From Camelus dromedarius (lineage: Eukaryota): DNA of 64,000 nucleotides. Where the stretch lies: the NCBI RefSeq assembly GCF_036321535.1, contig NC_087447.1, positions 48,300,001 to 48,364,000 on the forward strand. Direction: 5' to 3'. The translations under genes were made by a program, and so were the position numbers. Position 1 is the stretch's first letter; every line of letters starts with the position of its first letter. Shown here one piece after another: positions 27,089 to 39,578 of this stretch. The notes under the pieces were generated by a model. That model was not told where the DNA came from and did not search any database. It saw only the letters and a list, made by a program, of their open reading frames with translations.

Positions 27089-28205
27089 GTGAATTCAGGT
27101 CCAGAACCGGGACGGAGGAGGCGGGTAGCAGATGTTGCCTTTACGTTAAGGAAAGCCATGCTCGATCCAGGATATCCATATGGATTACCTCATCAATTGT
27201 TGAGGGAACCCTGGGTCTAGAAAAAGAAGTCTCAAACGCCCATAGCCATTGTTTTTCAGCCTCAGAAGAGCTATGCTGAGGGCAAAAAAACACATACGCG
27301 TCGTGTGATTCCAGAGGCAGAATAGGATCAGTCAGTTGGAGAAAGACTGGAAAATTGGGAGGCAGGAAGTCTCTTGGCCAAGTAGTCATGGTCATTTAGC
27401 AAATATTGGTCCTCAGCTATTTATAAAAGTCCCGGTACTTGCCACCACCGCATTGTCATTGTGCGATGGAATCTTTGTATCTTCCTCGGCCCCTAGTGGT
27501 GTATTAGTCATATTGTACAATTCTGTTAAGGAAACAGCGTAACGCCTACCATGTCGAGATTGACCTAGATAGATACTCCGTGGAGTTCAAATGTGCACTT
27601 TAAATTTAAGGGGTGGTTCCTGCCCTCAAGAAATTAACAGCTTAATTAGGGATGCACAGCAAACCATTCACTCATTTAACATATATTTATTGATCATATA
27701 CTGTGCAACTTATGCTAGGCACCAGAATGAGTACAGCAGTGCTGTGAATGGCAACCATTATTACTCATAAGTTTTTCAAATTAAAACAGTGGTGAAGATG
27801 AATAAAGCATAGTCTCCTGCATTTAAGAAACTTACACTTTACTAAGTGGGCTAAAATAAAATACACATTACTTACTACAACACAAAATGTGTAATAGGAA
27901 GAACACTGACATTTATTGAGGGCTACCAAGGGCCTCTGAGAGAACACAAGTCCAGAATCAGGAAATAACTTGCCCAAGATTGTGCAGCTAGTAAGTATTT
28001 CATCAAATATATGGTGGAATATTTGAGATTCATTTAACCGACAGATCTATGCATTAAACACTTAATCCACAAAACTTTCTTCAACAAATAAAATTTGTCT
28101 ATGCCTGGATGAGATTTTAGACTAGATCATTTCTAAGTGCTAGTGGCCAAATTAGGATCCTTTTTGACATTGAGTGAGCCTAATTAGGTTTTTGTCTCTT
28201 CATAG

Positions 28206-28246
28206 GAAGGATGAAGGGGAGGCCTGGCTGAGCTGTCACCCCCCAG
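28206..28246 (+). CDS. PAAF1: PAAF1 exon 2
   Basis: catag|GAAG ... CCAG|gtaatg. Encodes KDEGEAWLSCHPP. 41 bp, phase compatible. Confidence 0.92.
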
Positions 28247-29079
28247 GTAATGTCCTTAAATCTATATGCTTTCCCTTTAGAAAAAGAGAATTTACTACTA
28301 AAAGAGAGCTTCCTGCTTTCTCCTGGCCCAGACTGCTTATACAGTGCTCATAGTCTTCAAATGTTCTTAACTAGTCTGTGCTGTTCTGACATCACTCCAA
28401 CTTCTCCATTCTAGGGGAAAGTCTTCAGATTAGTTTTCCATTGGAAGCCACAAACTTATCTGTGGAGACATTGCTGGTGCATCTTTATCAGTCTCTTAGC
28501 CATTCATTATTGTATCCTAAGCAGTTCTGTAGCTTCAGTTGTGATTGTCCTGCAGTTCTAGATCTGCAGTTCTAGTTCTGACCTCTCTTCAATTTCAAGC
28601 AGAGATTAAATAGCTGTCTGCTAAATGTTTCTGCTTAAAGTTCTCACTGTTATCTTGGGTTTATCAAATCCAAAACCTGAAGCCAAGCACTTCTGTTGTC
28701 AAATGGGTTCTCTTTCTTGATTTTCTCATTTCTTAAGTTACCACCGTTCTAGGTATCAGAGTAAAAAGCCTAGTCACTTCACCCTGCCATATATTGTTAG
28801 TTCTCAAGTCTTATAAGTGTTTCCTTTGGATGACATTCATGTGTTATTCCAGTTCATTCGTTTGCAGTTAGTGTGGTAACATGTGGTAACTTCTAAATTT
28901 GTGAGAAAATTTTGTTTTAGTGGTTATTTTTTCATTTTGGAGATACTTTATGTTTTTATATAATAATATATTCTATTTCTATGAGAAATAGAGTTTTAAA
29001 TAGAGTTTTCTTTTGAGGAAATTGGTGCTGCACAGGAGAAGGATGGTAGCTAGAAGGTCTCAAAAATCAAAGGTTTTTA

Positions 29080-29348
29080 AACTTACAGTTACCAAGGGGG
29101 AAAGGAGGTGTGAAGGGATAAATTGGGAGTTGGAGATTTGCAGATACTAACTACTATATATAAAATAGATAAACAAGTTTCTACGATATAGCACAGGGAA
29201 CTATAGTCAATATCTTGTAATAACTTATAATGAAAAAATATGAAAAAGAATTTATGTATGTATATGTATGACTGAAACATTGTGCTGTACACCAGAAATT
29301 GACACAACATTGTAAACTGACTATACTTCAACTAAAAAATAAAGTTAA
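29080..29348 (+). mobile_element. L1 3'UTR fragment (artiodactyl type)
   Basis: gttaccaagggggaaagg...gggataaattgggagtt...gcacagggaactat...attgtaaactgactatacttcaa. Approximate TSD aaatcaaaggttttta/gaatcaagggttttta. Confidence 0.8.
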
Positions 29349-30130
29349 AAGAATCAAGGGTTTTTATTTTATTTTTAAACATGGGTACTAATGGAAAGCA
29401 ATTAAGATATAAGATGTAGGTAAAGGAAAAAAGAACTAACTGAAAAATCAGTGCCTTGGAGGAGAGACTTAAGTCTGAAAGGCTAAGATGAAAGAAGATG
29501 AGCTTAAGTGTAGATGTAGATATGGAAATTTGAGACTATCTTATATCCTCAATTTTCTTCATGATGTTGGAAGTAGGGTCAGCTCTTAAGGAAGAGTTTT
29601 TTTTTCCCTGAAATAACAGTTTATTAAAATAAAATGTGTGCTAATGTGCTAGATGCTTTACATACATTATTTCTGTTTCTCACAACTGTATCAGTTTACC
29701 TACCTGTTAGGATTCTAATTTTTTTTAGATAATAACTTTACTGAGATATAATTCCCATACCATAAGGTTCACCTTTTTAAAGTGTACAATTCAGTGGATT
29801 TTAGTATATTCACAGAGTTGTGTGTCTATCACCACTATCTAATTCCAAACATTTTAAAAGAAACCCTGTACTCTTTAGCAGTCACTCCCCATTCCACCCT
29901 CCTCCCAGCCCCTAGCAGTCACTAACTGACTTTCTGTCTCTATAGATTTGTCTCTTCTGGATGTTTCACATAAATGGAATTGTAATATGTGGCCTTTTGT
30001 GTCTTTGATTTAGCATAATTTCAAGGTTTATCCATTTTGTAGCATTCATTTATTTTTGTGGCCAAGTAATATTCTATTGTAAGGATATACCCCATTTTTT
30101 GCTTTTTCATCAGTAGATGGACACTTAAAT

Positions 30131-30593
30131 TGTGAAGGTAAAGCCGGGCTGGGCTAACAAGGTGACTCAAGTCTAAGAATGTGAAGGAAAAGCTGGGCTG
30201 GTCTAACAAGATAGCTCACAAATCTAAGTATCGGAATACTGATCTGAGTTCTGCTGGACTAACTGGTAAATCTAAGTTAATTAGTGTTGGTTTGCTGTTC
30301 ATGTTTTTTTGCTAGCCAGCTGGGTTTTCAAAGATACATATCTGGCTTTGGAATGTTGGTTTGCTGCCTCCCTGCCTCTACTTTTGTGATAATGATGCTG
30401 CTAAAGCTGTTCCATGCCTATTGGCTGAATACCCTAAGCTTGTACTTTACTCTATAAAACCTCATGTGCACGTCTTGGAGGTGCTCAGAGCTTCGGAGCA
30501 GAAGCCCCTCTGAGCCCGCCGGTGTAATACATCTGAGTACTCCAACCCTCCGAGTGGTGCTTGTTTCTTGGCTGGTCTGTCATTTCCGTAACA
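30131..30593 (+). mobile_element. Solo ERV LTR (ERV1-like, 463 bp) inserted into an L1M fragment in PAAF1 intron 2
   Basis: TG...CA termini and approximate 4-bp TSD aaat/aagt. Internal ~49-bp tandem repeat, ATTGG (30420), TATAAAA (30453), AATACA (30526). Host L1 text (gatggacact...tttccactttttggctgttatgaa) resumes after it. Confidence 0.8.
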
Positions 30594-31997
30594 AAGTCAT
30601 TTCCACTTTTTGGCTGTTATGAAAGAAGTTTTGATGGCAGGATAGGTGTCATGAGAACTGGCTGCTCTGGGGAATAAAAGGGGCAAAAGGACTGCAAAGC
30701 TGCAGAGTTTGAAGCTCTGTAGGAAATTGTAATGGTGCCAGTCTGCACAGTTGTGTCATTTTCTGTAGTAGCACTCAGCAGCCTATGCTTAGAAATGTAG
30801 AACATGACTGACTGGATTAATTCTACTTTTGTTACATAGACAAAAAACCAAGATTGAGGTCATTTCAGTGACTTTACAATTGTAGAGTGCTCACTGAGGG
30901 TACTAACAGGAGATTGGCTGAAATGATGTACCATAAAGGCCAGACTTCACAGGATGGTTAGGGAAGCCAGGAGAGAATCATGGAGTGGGACAAAAAGCAG
31001 AGTTCCCTCAGTCCTGTTTTTGTGGCATCTTTCTGAACTAGCATTTCATGCCACTTCCCTGCTGAAGCTTCTTTACTGTATCTTCTCTAGGCCAAACTTC
31101 TACCCTCGATTGTGAGTTGCTTAATTAATATCTTTCAACTACCTTTTCCATGACTGTTGTCACTGAACTAGTATATTAATTGATCCCTCCTTCCCTCTTG
31201 TTCTTTGTGTCTTTTATTCTTGATACGCCCCATCCCTGACTTGCAGTTTCCTTTCTCTTCTGCCTAGCTTTCTTTCAAGGTCCTACTTAAGTCCCACCCT
31301 CTCTAAGAAGGTCTCCCACTCTGTGTGAATCCATGATGGTTTTTACTTCCCTTTTACTCTTAGAATCTCTGTTTGGTGCAGCAGGTATTTACTGAATAAT
31401 TTGTAGCACCTTGCTAGTTTGTGAGCTCAAGGACTTCACAGTCTCATAGGGAAGCTGGAAATGTAAACGACATGTTATGGGCTGTTACAAAAGTGTATAT
31501 AGGAGGCTCAGAAGAAGAAAAGAACATTTTTAACTCCATTCTGCCATCTGCATATGATTATGTGTAGGATAATATTTTATTTCGTCCATATCACTGCAAA
31601 AGCAATGTCCTACTTAAGCAAATTTTCCAGATTACTGAAGTTTAATTCTTTATTGTATATTATGTGTATATACTGTGGATAAATGCATATATTTATGTTG
31701 GTCTTCACCTTTCATCCTGGAAGAATTTTATTTCACAGCCAGTAAATGAGGTTGAGATCACTCTAGTAGCTTTCTCTACAAACACTATATTACATCTCAA
31801 AATCTTTGTTCATAACTTTTAGCCCTTGAGTGTATTCCCTCCAAATTAGATTCACTTCACCTCACTTTTAACACAAGTACTTGCTTCTCTGTCATGAGCC
31901 AGTTTCCTCTCATCTATACAGGTGCCTGAATTGGGTGTTCAAGAAGAAAAATGTTAAATTCTCTTTTTTTGATAAATGCTTCTTTTGTGCTATATAG

Positions 31998-32101
31998 GTA
32001 AACCAACTTTGTATGGCAGCCTAACTTGTCAAGGAATTGGCCTTGATGGCATCCCAGAGGTTACAGCTTCAGAAGGATTTATTGTGAATGAAATAAACAA
32101 G
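31998..32101 (+). CDS. PAAF1: PAAF1 exon 3
   Basis: tatag|GTAAA ... AAG|gtgggt. Encodes (G)KPTLYGSLTCQGIGLDGIPEVTASEGFIVNEINK. 104 bp. Confidence 0.92.
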
Positions 32102-32327
32102 GTGGGTTTTTATGTCTTCTAGATGGCACCATGTGCAAAACTATAGTAGTACTTAAATATCTGCTTTAAATATTTATACTTTTATCTACATATCAGTATC
32201 AGCTCCACTTCATTTGTACAATAATCATAGTTTTTTTTTTTACTGCCTTTGAATGTCAAAAGTTTTCTTTTTCTTTGGTACTTAACATTTGTTTTTAGAT
32301 GCAAACTTTCTCTTGCTTCCCTTATAT

Positions 32328-32820
32328 CAGTGCTGTCCAATAGATAAATAATGTGAGCCCTGTATGTAATTTTAAATTTTCTAGTAGTCACATTAAAAAG
32401 GTAAAAATAAACAGGTGAAATTAATTTTAATAATGTATTTTATTTAACCCAATATATCTAAAATATTATTTCAACCTGGAATTAATATGATAAATTATTA
32501 GAGATGGTTTACATTCCTTTTTTCTTATTAAGTCTTTGAGATTCTTTGTATATTTTACCCTTAGAACACATCTCAATTCAGACTCTGATTTTTTATTGGG
32601 AATACTTGATATGTATTTAGGTTTTTAAAAATTTACAGTTAAAAACATAGATCCACATACCTAAGTAGTTCCAAACATACTTAAAAGTTTTCTGATAACT
32701 GAATGAAGTATCAGTTTTAAAATTAAACTTTAAATAAAATTAGAAATTCAGGTCCTCATTTGCTTTGGTCACATTTCAAGCTTTATGTGGCTAGTATCTA
32801 CCATGTTGTACAGCATAGCA
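32328..32820. mobile_element. Charlie1/MER33-like hAT element
   Basis: cagtgctgtccaatag...aattttaaattttctagtagtcacattaaaaaggtaaaataaacaggtgaaattaattttaataa...gtggctagt...ttgtacagca. Confidence 0.7.
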
Positions 32821-34829
32821 TTATAATGTGTCTGGCAACACCTTGGTGGAGACCTACATTCGTAGTACTTAATAGTTTTTTTCATTGGTCTTTGAGGTGA
32901 GTAGATGGCCAAACTAAGTGTTGTGAAGCCCTCGAACTGACTTTCCTTCCACATTCTGATGGCTGCAGTCTGTATGCTATGGCAGTTCCCAAAGGATGAA
33001 CCAGCCTTTTTGTTTTCTTTTTGTGTGTAGTTAAACTTTTTTGGTTATAAGATATTTCAGGTATACTGAAAAGAATAGAGAATATTTTATGTTTTACATA
33101 AGATTTTTAGCAAATGTTTATTCATTATACTCTATACAAAGTAATAGTTGACATGTTATAATATATTTTATATTTATTTTTCATAAATAGTACTATAGAA
33201 AGTGTCAGAAGATCTGAGTCCAAGTCTTTGTTACTCTGACACTTACTAGCAAGATGATTTTGGATAGATAACTTAGTAGTTCCCTGAGCCTCAGTTTCCT
33301 CATCTATAAAACAGAGATAATATTCTACCTTACAGGCTGAATAGTGGAGACTAAGAATGCATATGAAAGAAGCTGTAACGTATTTCAAAAGTGAATTGCT
33401 GTTTATCATAACAATCCTGTGGGATTGCCATTTTAGATTTCCATTTTGCAGATAAGCAAACACACTCAGAGAGGTTAATTAACCTCTGATGATCGAAGCT
33501 GATTAGACAGTATGTCAGAATTGAAACCCAGTTCTTTTGATTTCAAGTATAACACCACCTTGCAAGCCTACATTTTTCCAGGTGTTTCGCCAGTATCCAT
33601 CCACAGCCTTGGTGCTGACTTCCTTTCTTCCCTTTGTACTCAGGCCCTGATACAATTTTTATCTCCTCCAACATCATTGCTAATTTCTGCTGTGTACCTG
33701 CTGGGTCAGACAGTAAGTGCTTATGGTTGAACATTCATTTGTTTCCTAACTGCCATGAGTCACCTTGCTATTTTATGTTGCTACATTGTTCTGTTAAACA
33801 GATCTGTCATTATGCTTAAAAACCTAACCCCGAAAGATAGAAAGTTTGACTTTGAATTTTTTCTTGGTGTGGAATACTCACACTTGCCCTTCCACACTGA
33901 ATTTTGTCTGTTATATCTCCTGCAACTTTTCTTTAAAATATTTTCATTAACAGCATGATTCTCTACTGCTGACATTGGAAGGTAATTCGGCACTTATCTT
34001 CCTTCATAGTCTGTTTATGATATAAAGGTAGGTTTGCAGGATTAATAAGCAGGAGACCACTGATTCTTGAAATCTTTTACATAGTTAGCACCAAAGAAAT
34101 GAAGTCTTCTGAGAGCAAATTCATTTCTTATAATGGCCCAAACACTAAGCTTTCAGAGCTCCTCACATCCTTGCTTGGTATGAATATTCAGTCAGAGAGT
34201 TTAGCTGATGCTTTAGTTTGGGGTACAGGAGACAATTCTAAATCCGGGTCAGCTCTCTTGCAGCTGTATGCACTTTGTCATGCGGTTAGAAGCAAAAACT
34301 CATTTAATGAAAGGCCTGCAGGCAGCCAGGCATAAATACACTGGCTAAGAAAGTACAGTTTGTATAGATAATCTAATTGTTTTTTTAAAGAAGTATAAAA
34401 CCTGTAATAAGAGCATACTGATTTTTAGTAATGAGAATATTATAACTTTGAAACTGTTCTTTCTAATGAACTCTGAGGACTGTGCTTATACATAGTTTAG
34501 CCTTATAAAGAAGTTCAGAAAATCTTGATTATTGAAGATATTTTCATAGTCCAGCAGAATTTCCAGAAACTTTCAAGTACTATTGCAGAAGAGATAACAG
34601 GTTAGGGGCCATTTGGTGAGAGCAACTCCTCAGCTCTGTATAGGAGATACACACTCAGGGGATGGTGTTGGTATTCTGATTAGAGTAAGGGATTGTCATA
34701 TTGCAAGAATCCTTGAGGAGGTGTTTACTAAGCCTTTTATACTTCTACACATGCTGCCTTGAAACACCAGCATATTTACCTTAAATGGTTACAAAGTCTG
34801 CCTTTAGCAAATCATGTCACTTGAATCTG

Positions 34830-34888
<59 letters not shown>

Positions 34889-34891
34889 TTT
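34830..34891. repeat. (TTTA)n tetranucleotide microsatellite
   Basis: About 15 units, direct observation. Confidence 0.92.
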
Positions 34892-35642
34892 TGGTGTTTA
34901 TTATTATGTCGCTTGAATCTGACATCTGGTTCTAGGTATAATTTAACACTATGTTACCAGTGTTATCTTCCTACATACAGTAGCTGAAAGAAGTGTAATA
35001 ATGACTAGGCAAAACACATGGGGAATCGTAAGAAAGCTATATTATGATGACCAGTCTTAAAGTCCTAGGTGAGAATGGGCACCCCAAGCCTGGCCAAGCT
35101 TGTATGACTGTACCATAATTTACTTTACCTACTCTCTCACTCTGGTAACTATACATGTCAGTAGTCTAACATTTTTTCTGAAAGTTCTTATAGGCAGCAA
35201 GTTTATTTTTAGACTAGTCTTTTAGGCCCTAACCTGGGGACTGGTCCTGTTTCCTCAGATCTGTAGATCCTTTTCCTTGCCTCACTGCTAATTGAGAATA
35301 CTGATAATAGATTTTCTTCTGAAAATTAATGTTCTTATGTTTGTCAGTTGTATCTTATTGTTGGCTTGTCTTCTATGGGAAGTATACTTAAGTATACTTC
35401 TATGGGTATACTTAAACATAAAAACGTAATGGCTCAGCGATACCAAATTACATTGCAGTTCTCTGCAGTAAAAGGACTGCTGATCTATAGGGGAGTGATA
35501 GTTTTGTGCATTGGGGAAGGAGGATTAGAGAGGGTACACTTAAAAGGTAAGTGTTTTCTCTCATCCTAATGTTTTCTTTAAGAAGTTTTAATTCCATTGG
35601 AGTAGATTTACTGATGGATATCATCTTTCCCTCTCCTTTTAG

Positions 35643-35732
35643 AAAAGCATTCATATTTCATGTCCAAAGGAAACTGCATCTTCGAAGTTTTTGGCACCAT
35701 ATACTACTTTTTCCAGAATTCATACAAAGAGT
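35643..35732 (+). CDS. PAAF1: PAAF1 exon 4
   Basis: ttttag|AAA ... AGT|gtaagt. Encodes KSIHISCPKETASSKFLAPYTTFSRIHTKS. 90 bp. Confidence 0.92.
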
Positions 35733-36404
35733 GTAAGTATTTTAATAAAATGAGGAGAAAATGTAATAGCATATTTGGGTTTTCATTTTATCTGCTTGTC
35801 TAGTGCTATAAACATATTAATGTGTTTTTCATTACTTTGCATTATAAGATAACACAGCTGATGAAATGTTGTATATATGGCAAAACTGATACTTGGGTCC
35901 ACTTAGAATAAGTGTACAAATCCACTCACTGGTAATCTTAAAGGAATTTTATGAAATGTACTTATATATGTTTTAGCAGAGCTAGTTACTGGCTTTTGGA
36001 TAATGATGATAGTAGTTGATGTTTGCATAATTTGCTGCTGCTCATATTTCTGTCCGTTTGCCTGCAGAACAGGGGCATTTTCTCAAAATTCCAAGTACAG
36101 CGTACTGAGGAATGATTTTCAGAGGTCTTTGTGATAAAGTTCTTTCTACTACCATAGGCTTTTTGGAAGCAGAAGTGAGAAATAGGTGAATAAACTGATT
36201 ATATTAAATCCTTCTGCTTCTTATTGTGTGATATATTTTCAAAAGGAGCTGTTTTTTGCACTTATTGGAAAATAAATATACATTTAGTGATGGAAATTTA
36301 GGAAATATAAAAGAAAATGAAAATTACTCATATTTCCATAATTAAAGATAAATAACTGTTGTGAGCTTTTATTATATAACATCTATTAATAATAATCATA
36401 GTAA

Positions 36405-36808
36405 TTTTGCCATTTGCAACAACATGGATGGACTTGGAAGGTATTAAGCTAAGTGAAATAAGTCAGAGAAAGGCAAATACTGTATGGTATCACTTATACG
36501 TGGAATGTGAAAAATAAAACGAACTAGTGAATATAACAAAAAGGAAACAGATTCACAGATATAGAGAATAAACTAATGGTTACCAGTGAGGAGAGGGAAG
36601 AGGAGATGGGAAACATTGGGCTAGGGGATTAAGAGTTACAAACTATTATGTATAAAATAAATAAGCAACAAAGATATATTATAAAACCCAGGGAATATAG
36701 CTAATATTTTATAACTATAAATGAAGTATAATCTTTAAAAATTGTGAACTGCTGTGTTGTACACCTGTAACTTAGATTGTACATTAACTACATCTCAATT
36801 TTGAAAAA
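36405..36808 (+). mobile_element. L1MA-type 3' end fragment
   Basis: ttgccatttgcaacaacatggatggacttggaaggtatta...ctaagtgaaataagtcagagaaaggcaaatactg. Confidence 0.8.
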
Positions 36809-38287
36809 TCATAGTAGTAATAGCTAACATTTATTGATTGCCTGCTATGTGCCAGCACCATGCTAAGCTTTACATATCATTATTTCACTTAACCCTCCCA
36901 GTCTTTTTTTAAAAATATTTTCCTGTAATAGGTTTTTATAATACATGTTCTTTTATAACTTAGTTTTTATTTGTTAATAATACACTATGTACATTACTCT
37001 ATGTTCACTTTATGTGTATTATTTTAAGAGTTGCATAGTATTCCACTGTATGGCTTTACTGTAATTTATTTTTCTAATCTTACATTACTAGACATTAATT
37101 TTCTCCAACTTAATGACTTCATATTTTGGTGATATACTTATAGCTAATCCTTTACTCCCCAAAATAAGAAGAAATTAGAATACATTTGTAAAAGTGGAGT
37201 TGCTGAGTCACAGGAAATGTAAATTATAAGGCTTTTGATATGTTCTGACTTCTACTTAACTAATTTATTGAGTCAACTGTTGCTCTGCATTTCCTCTGTA
37301 AACCATTCTGACCCATGCTCACAGCACATTTACAGCTTGTAAGCATTCTGAGGTCTGCATACTGATGCTGCCAGTTAAGTTGACTGCTTACCAAGGATCA
37401 GTTATAATGTCAGCTATATTATTTTTGAAATTATGTTAATTAATTCAGTATGTTAAACCAATGAAATATGAGTGTGAAAAGACAGTGACTATGTCTTTGA
37501 AATTAAGTTGACTGCTTTATAGAGACTTGATAAAAAAGAGTTTTTAAAAAATCTTCTATTTAGTATGGTGTGGACAAGAGAAATGTAAAATATTAGGGGA
37601 AAGATTAAAACAAAAAAAACCCTGGATGAATCTTTGCTCTTAGATTGCTTTTTAAGTGTGATTAGAGATTTACCTTGCTTTAGAGGAACTGGAAGTTATA
37701 TACCTTTTAGTTATAGTATATTACAAGAAAACCAAGGTAATGCTTCCTTATAGTGATCAGTGGGCTAATGAAAAGATTAGTGAATTTTACTGTACATTTA
37801 TATATTTGAGTTAAAATAAAATGTAGATATTTATGTATCATTCTCTATTATTTCTGACTTTATCTGAATTTTTTGTGATTGACCTACTACTGGGCCCTAT
37901 CCATTGTTTAAAAAAGGCTTTTACTGTATTGCTTTTCTACCAATCTTACTTGACATTCTCTGCCAATACTGGGTATTAGAATTTTTTTTAAGTTTTACCA
38001 TTTTGAGGGATGGTATTTCATTGTTATTTAGCATTTTTAAAAATCTCAAATGAGACCATACAAAGCAGTTTTAAAGTGTATACAACAATCATTCCCTCCT
38101 TCAGTTTTACTACTTTATACAACTGTGTGATATATGGAAAACTGAATGGCATGTGCCAAGTTGGAAAATTTCACCTGTTTACAAAAAAAAAAAGAAAAGA
38201 AAAGAAAAAGAAAGGAAGAAAACCCAACAGCAAACATGCAGGATAGTTGCTACTTTGTGTCTGCAAGTCAATTTACAAACTTTTTTT

Positions 38288-39578
38288 CTAAACATTTTTT
38301 TTATTGAGTTATAGTGATTTTACAATGTTGTGTCAAGTTCCAGTGTAGAGCACAATTTTTCAGTTATGCATGAACATACATATATTCATTGTCACATTTT
38401 TTTTCCACTGTGAGCTACCACAAGATTTTGTATATATTTCCTTGTGCTATACAGTATAATCTTGTTTATCTATTCTACATATGCCTGTCAGTATCTACAA
38501 ATTTTGAAATCCCATTCTGCCTCTTCCCATTCCCAACCCCCTTGGCAACCACAAGTCTGTATTCTATGTCTATGAGTCTTGTTTCTGTTTTGTATTTATG
38601 TTTTTTATTTAGATTCCTCATATGAGCGATCTCATATGGTGTTTTTCTTTCTCTCTCTGGCTTACTTCACTTAGAATGACATTCTCCAGGAACATCCGTG
38701 TTGCTGCAAATGGCATTATGTTGTCGGTTTTTATGGCTGAATAGTATTCCATTGTATAAATATACCACATCTTCTTTATCCGGTCATCTGTTGATGGACA
38801 TTTAGGCTGTTTCCATGTCTTGGCTATTGTAAATAGTGCTGCTATGAACATTGGGGTGCAGGTGTCTTTTTGAAATAGGGTTCCTTCTGGATATATGCCC
38901 AGGAGCGGGATTCCTAGGTCATATGGTAAGTCTATTCCTAGTCTTTTGAGGAATCTCCATACTGTTTTCCACAGTGGCTGCACCAAACTACATTCCCACC
39001 AGCAGTGTTGGAGGGTTCCCTTTTCTCCACAGCTTCTCCAGCATTTGTCATTTGTGGACTTTTGAATGATGGCCATTCTGGCTGGTGTGAGGTGATACCT
39101 CATTGTAGTTTTGATTTGCATTTCTCTGATAATTAGTGATATTGAGCATTTTTTCATGTGCCTATTGATCATTTGTATTTCTTCCTTGGAGAATTGCTTG
39201 TTTAGGTCCTCTGCTCATTTTTGGATTGGGTTGTTTATTTTTTTCTTATTAAGTCATATGAGCTGCTTATATATTCTGGAGATAAAGCCTTTGTCGATTT
39301 CATCGTTTGCAAAAATTTTCTCCCATTCCATAGGTTGTCGTTTGTTTTACTTATGGTTTCCTTTGCTGTGCAGAAGCTTGTAAGTTTCATTAGGTCCCAT
39401 TTGTTTATTCTTGCTTTTATTTCTATTGCTTGGGTAGACTGCCCTAGGAGAACATTTTTGAGACGTATGTGAGACAATATTTTGCCTATATTTTCTTCTA
39501 GGAGGTTTATTGTATCTTGTCTTTCGTTTAAGTGTTTGATCCATTTTGAGTTTATTTTTGTGTATGGTGTAAAGGAGT
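38288..39578 (-). mobile_element. 5'-truncated young LINE-1 (ORF2 3' end + 3'UTR) in PAAF1 intron 4
   Basis: 184-aa ORF2 C-terminal peptide with CCHC knuckle. TSD CAAACTTTTTTT at 38276 and 39579, with a minus-strand TT/AAAA site. Near-identical to 21601-22880. Confidence 0.95.

Larger units (their letters stand above)
26670..27130. promoter_or_regulatory. CpG island / bidirectional promoter shared by COA4 (-) and PAAF1 (+)
   Basis: Only CpG-dense stretch in the window, between head-to-head genes. Contains ETS/GABP cores ACTTCCGG (26994) and GCGGAAG (27008), GC boxes (~26954, ~27028), NRF1-like GCGCATGC (26741) and YY1 CAAGATGGCGGC (27038). Confidence 0.88.

Noticed and set aside
26558..27220. 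220-aa plus-strand ORF across the promoter
   Set aside because: Lies in the GC-rich CpG island, overlaps the PAAF1 start in another frame, runs into intron 1, and has no recognisable domain. Consistent with a chance ORF.
30131..30230. Tandem ~49-bp repeats as a CRISPR-like array
   Set aside because: Two adjacent units without spacers, inside an LTR U3 region of a mammalian genome.
35372..35415. Palindromic tandem AAGTATACTT x2 and local TTCTATGGG duplication
   Set aside because: Very short and consistent with replication slippage. No evidence of function.
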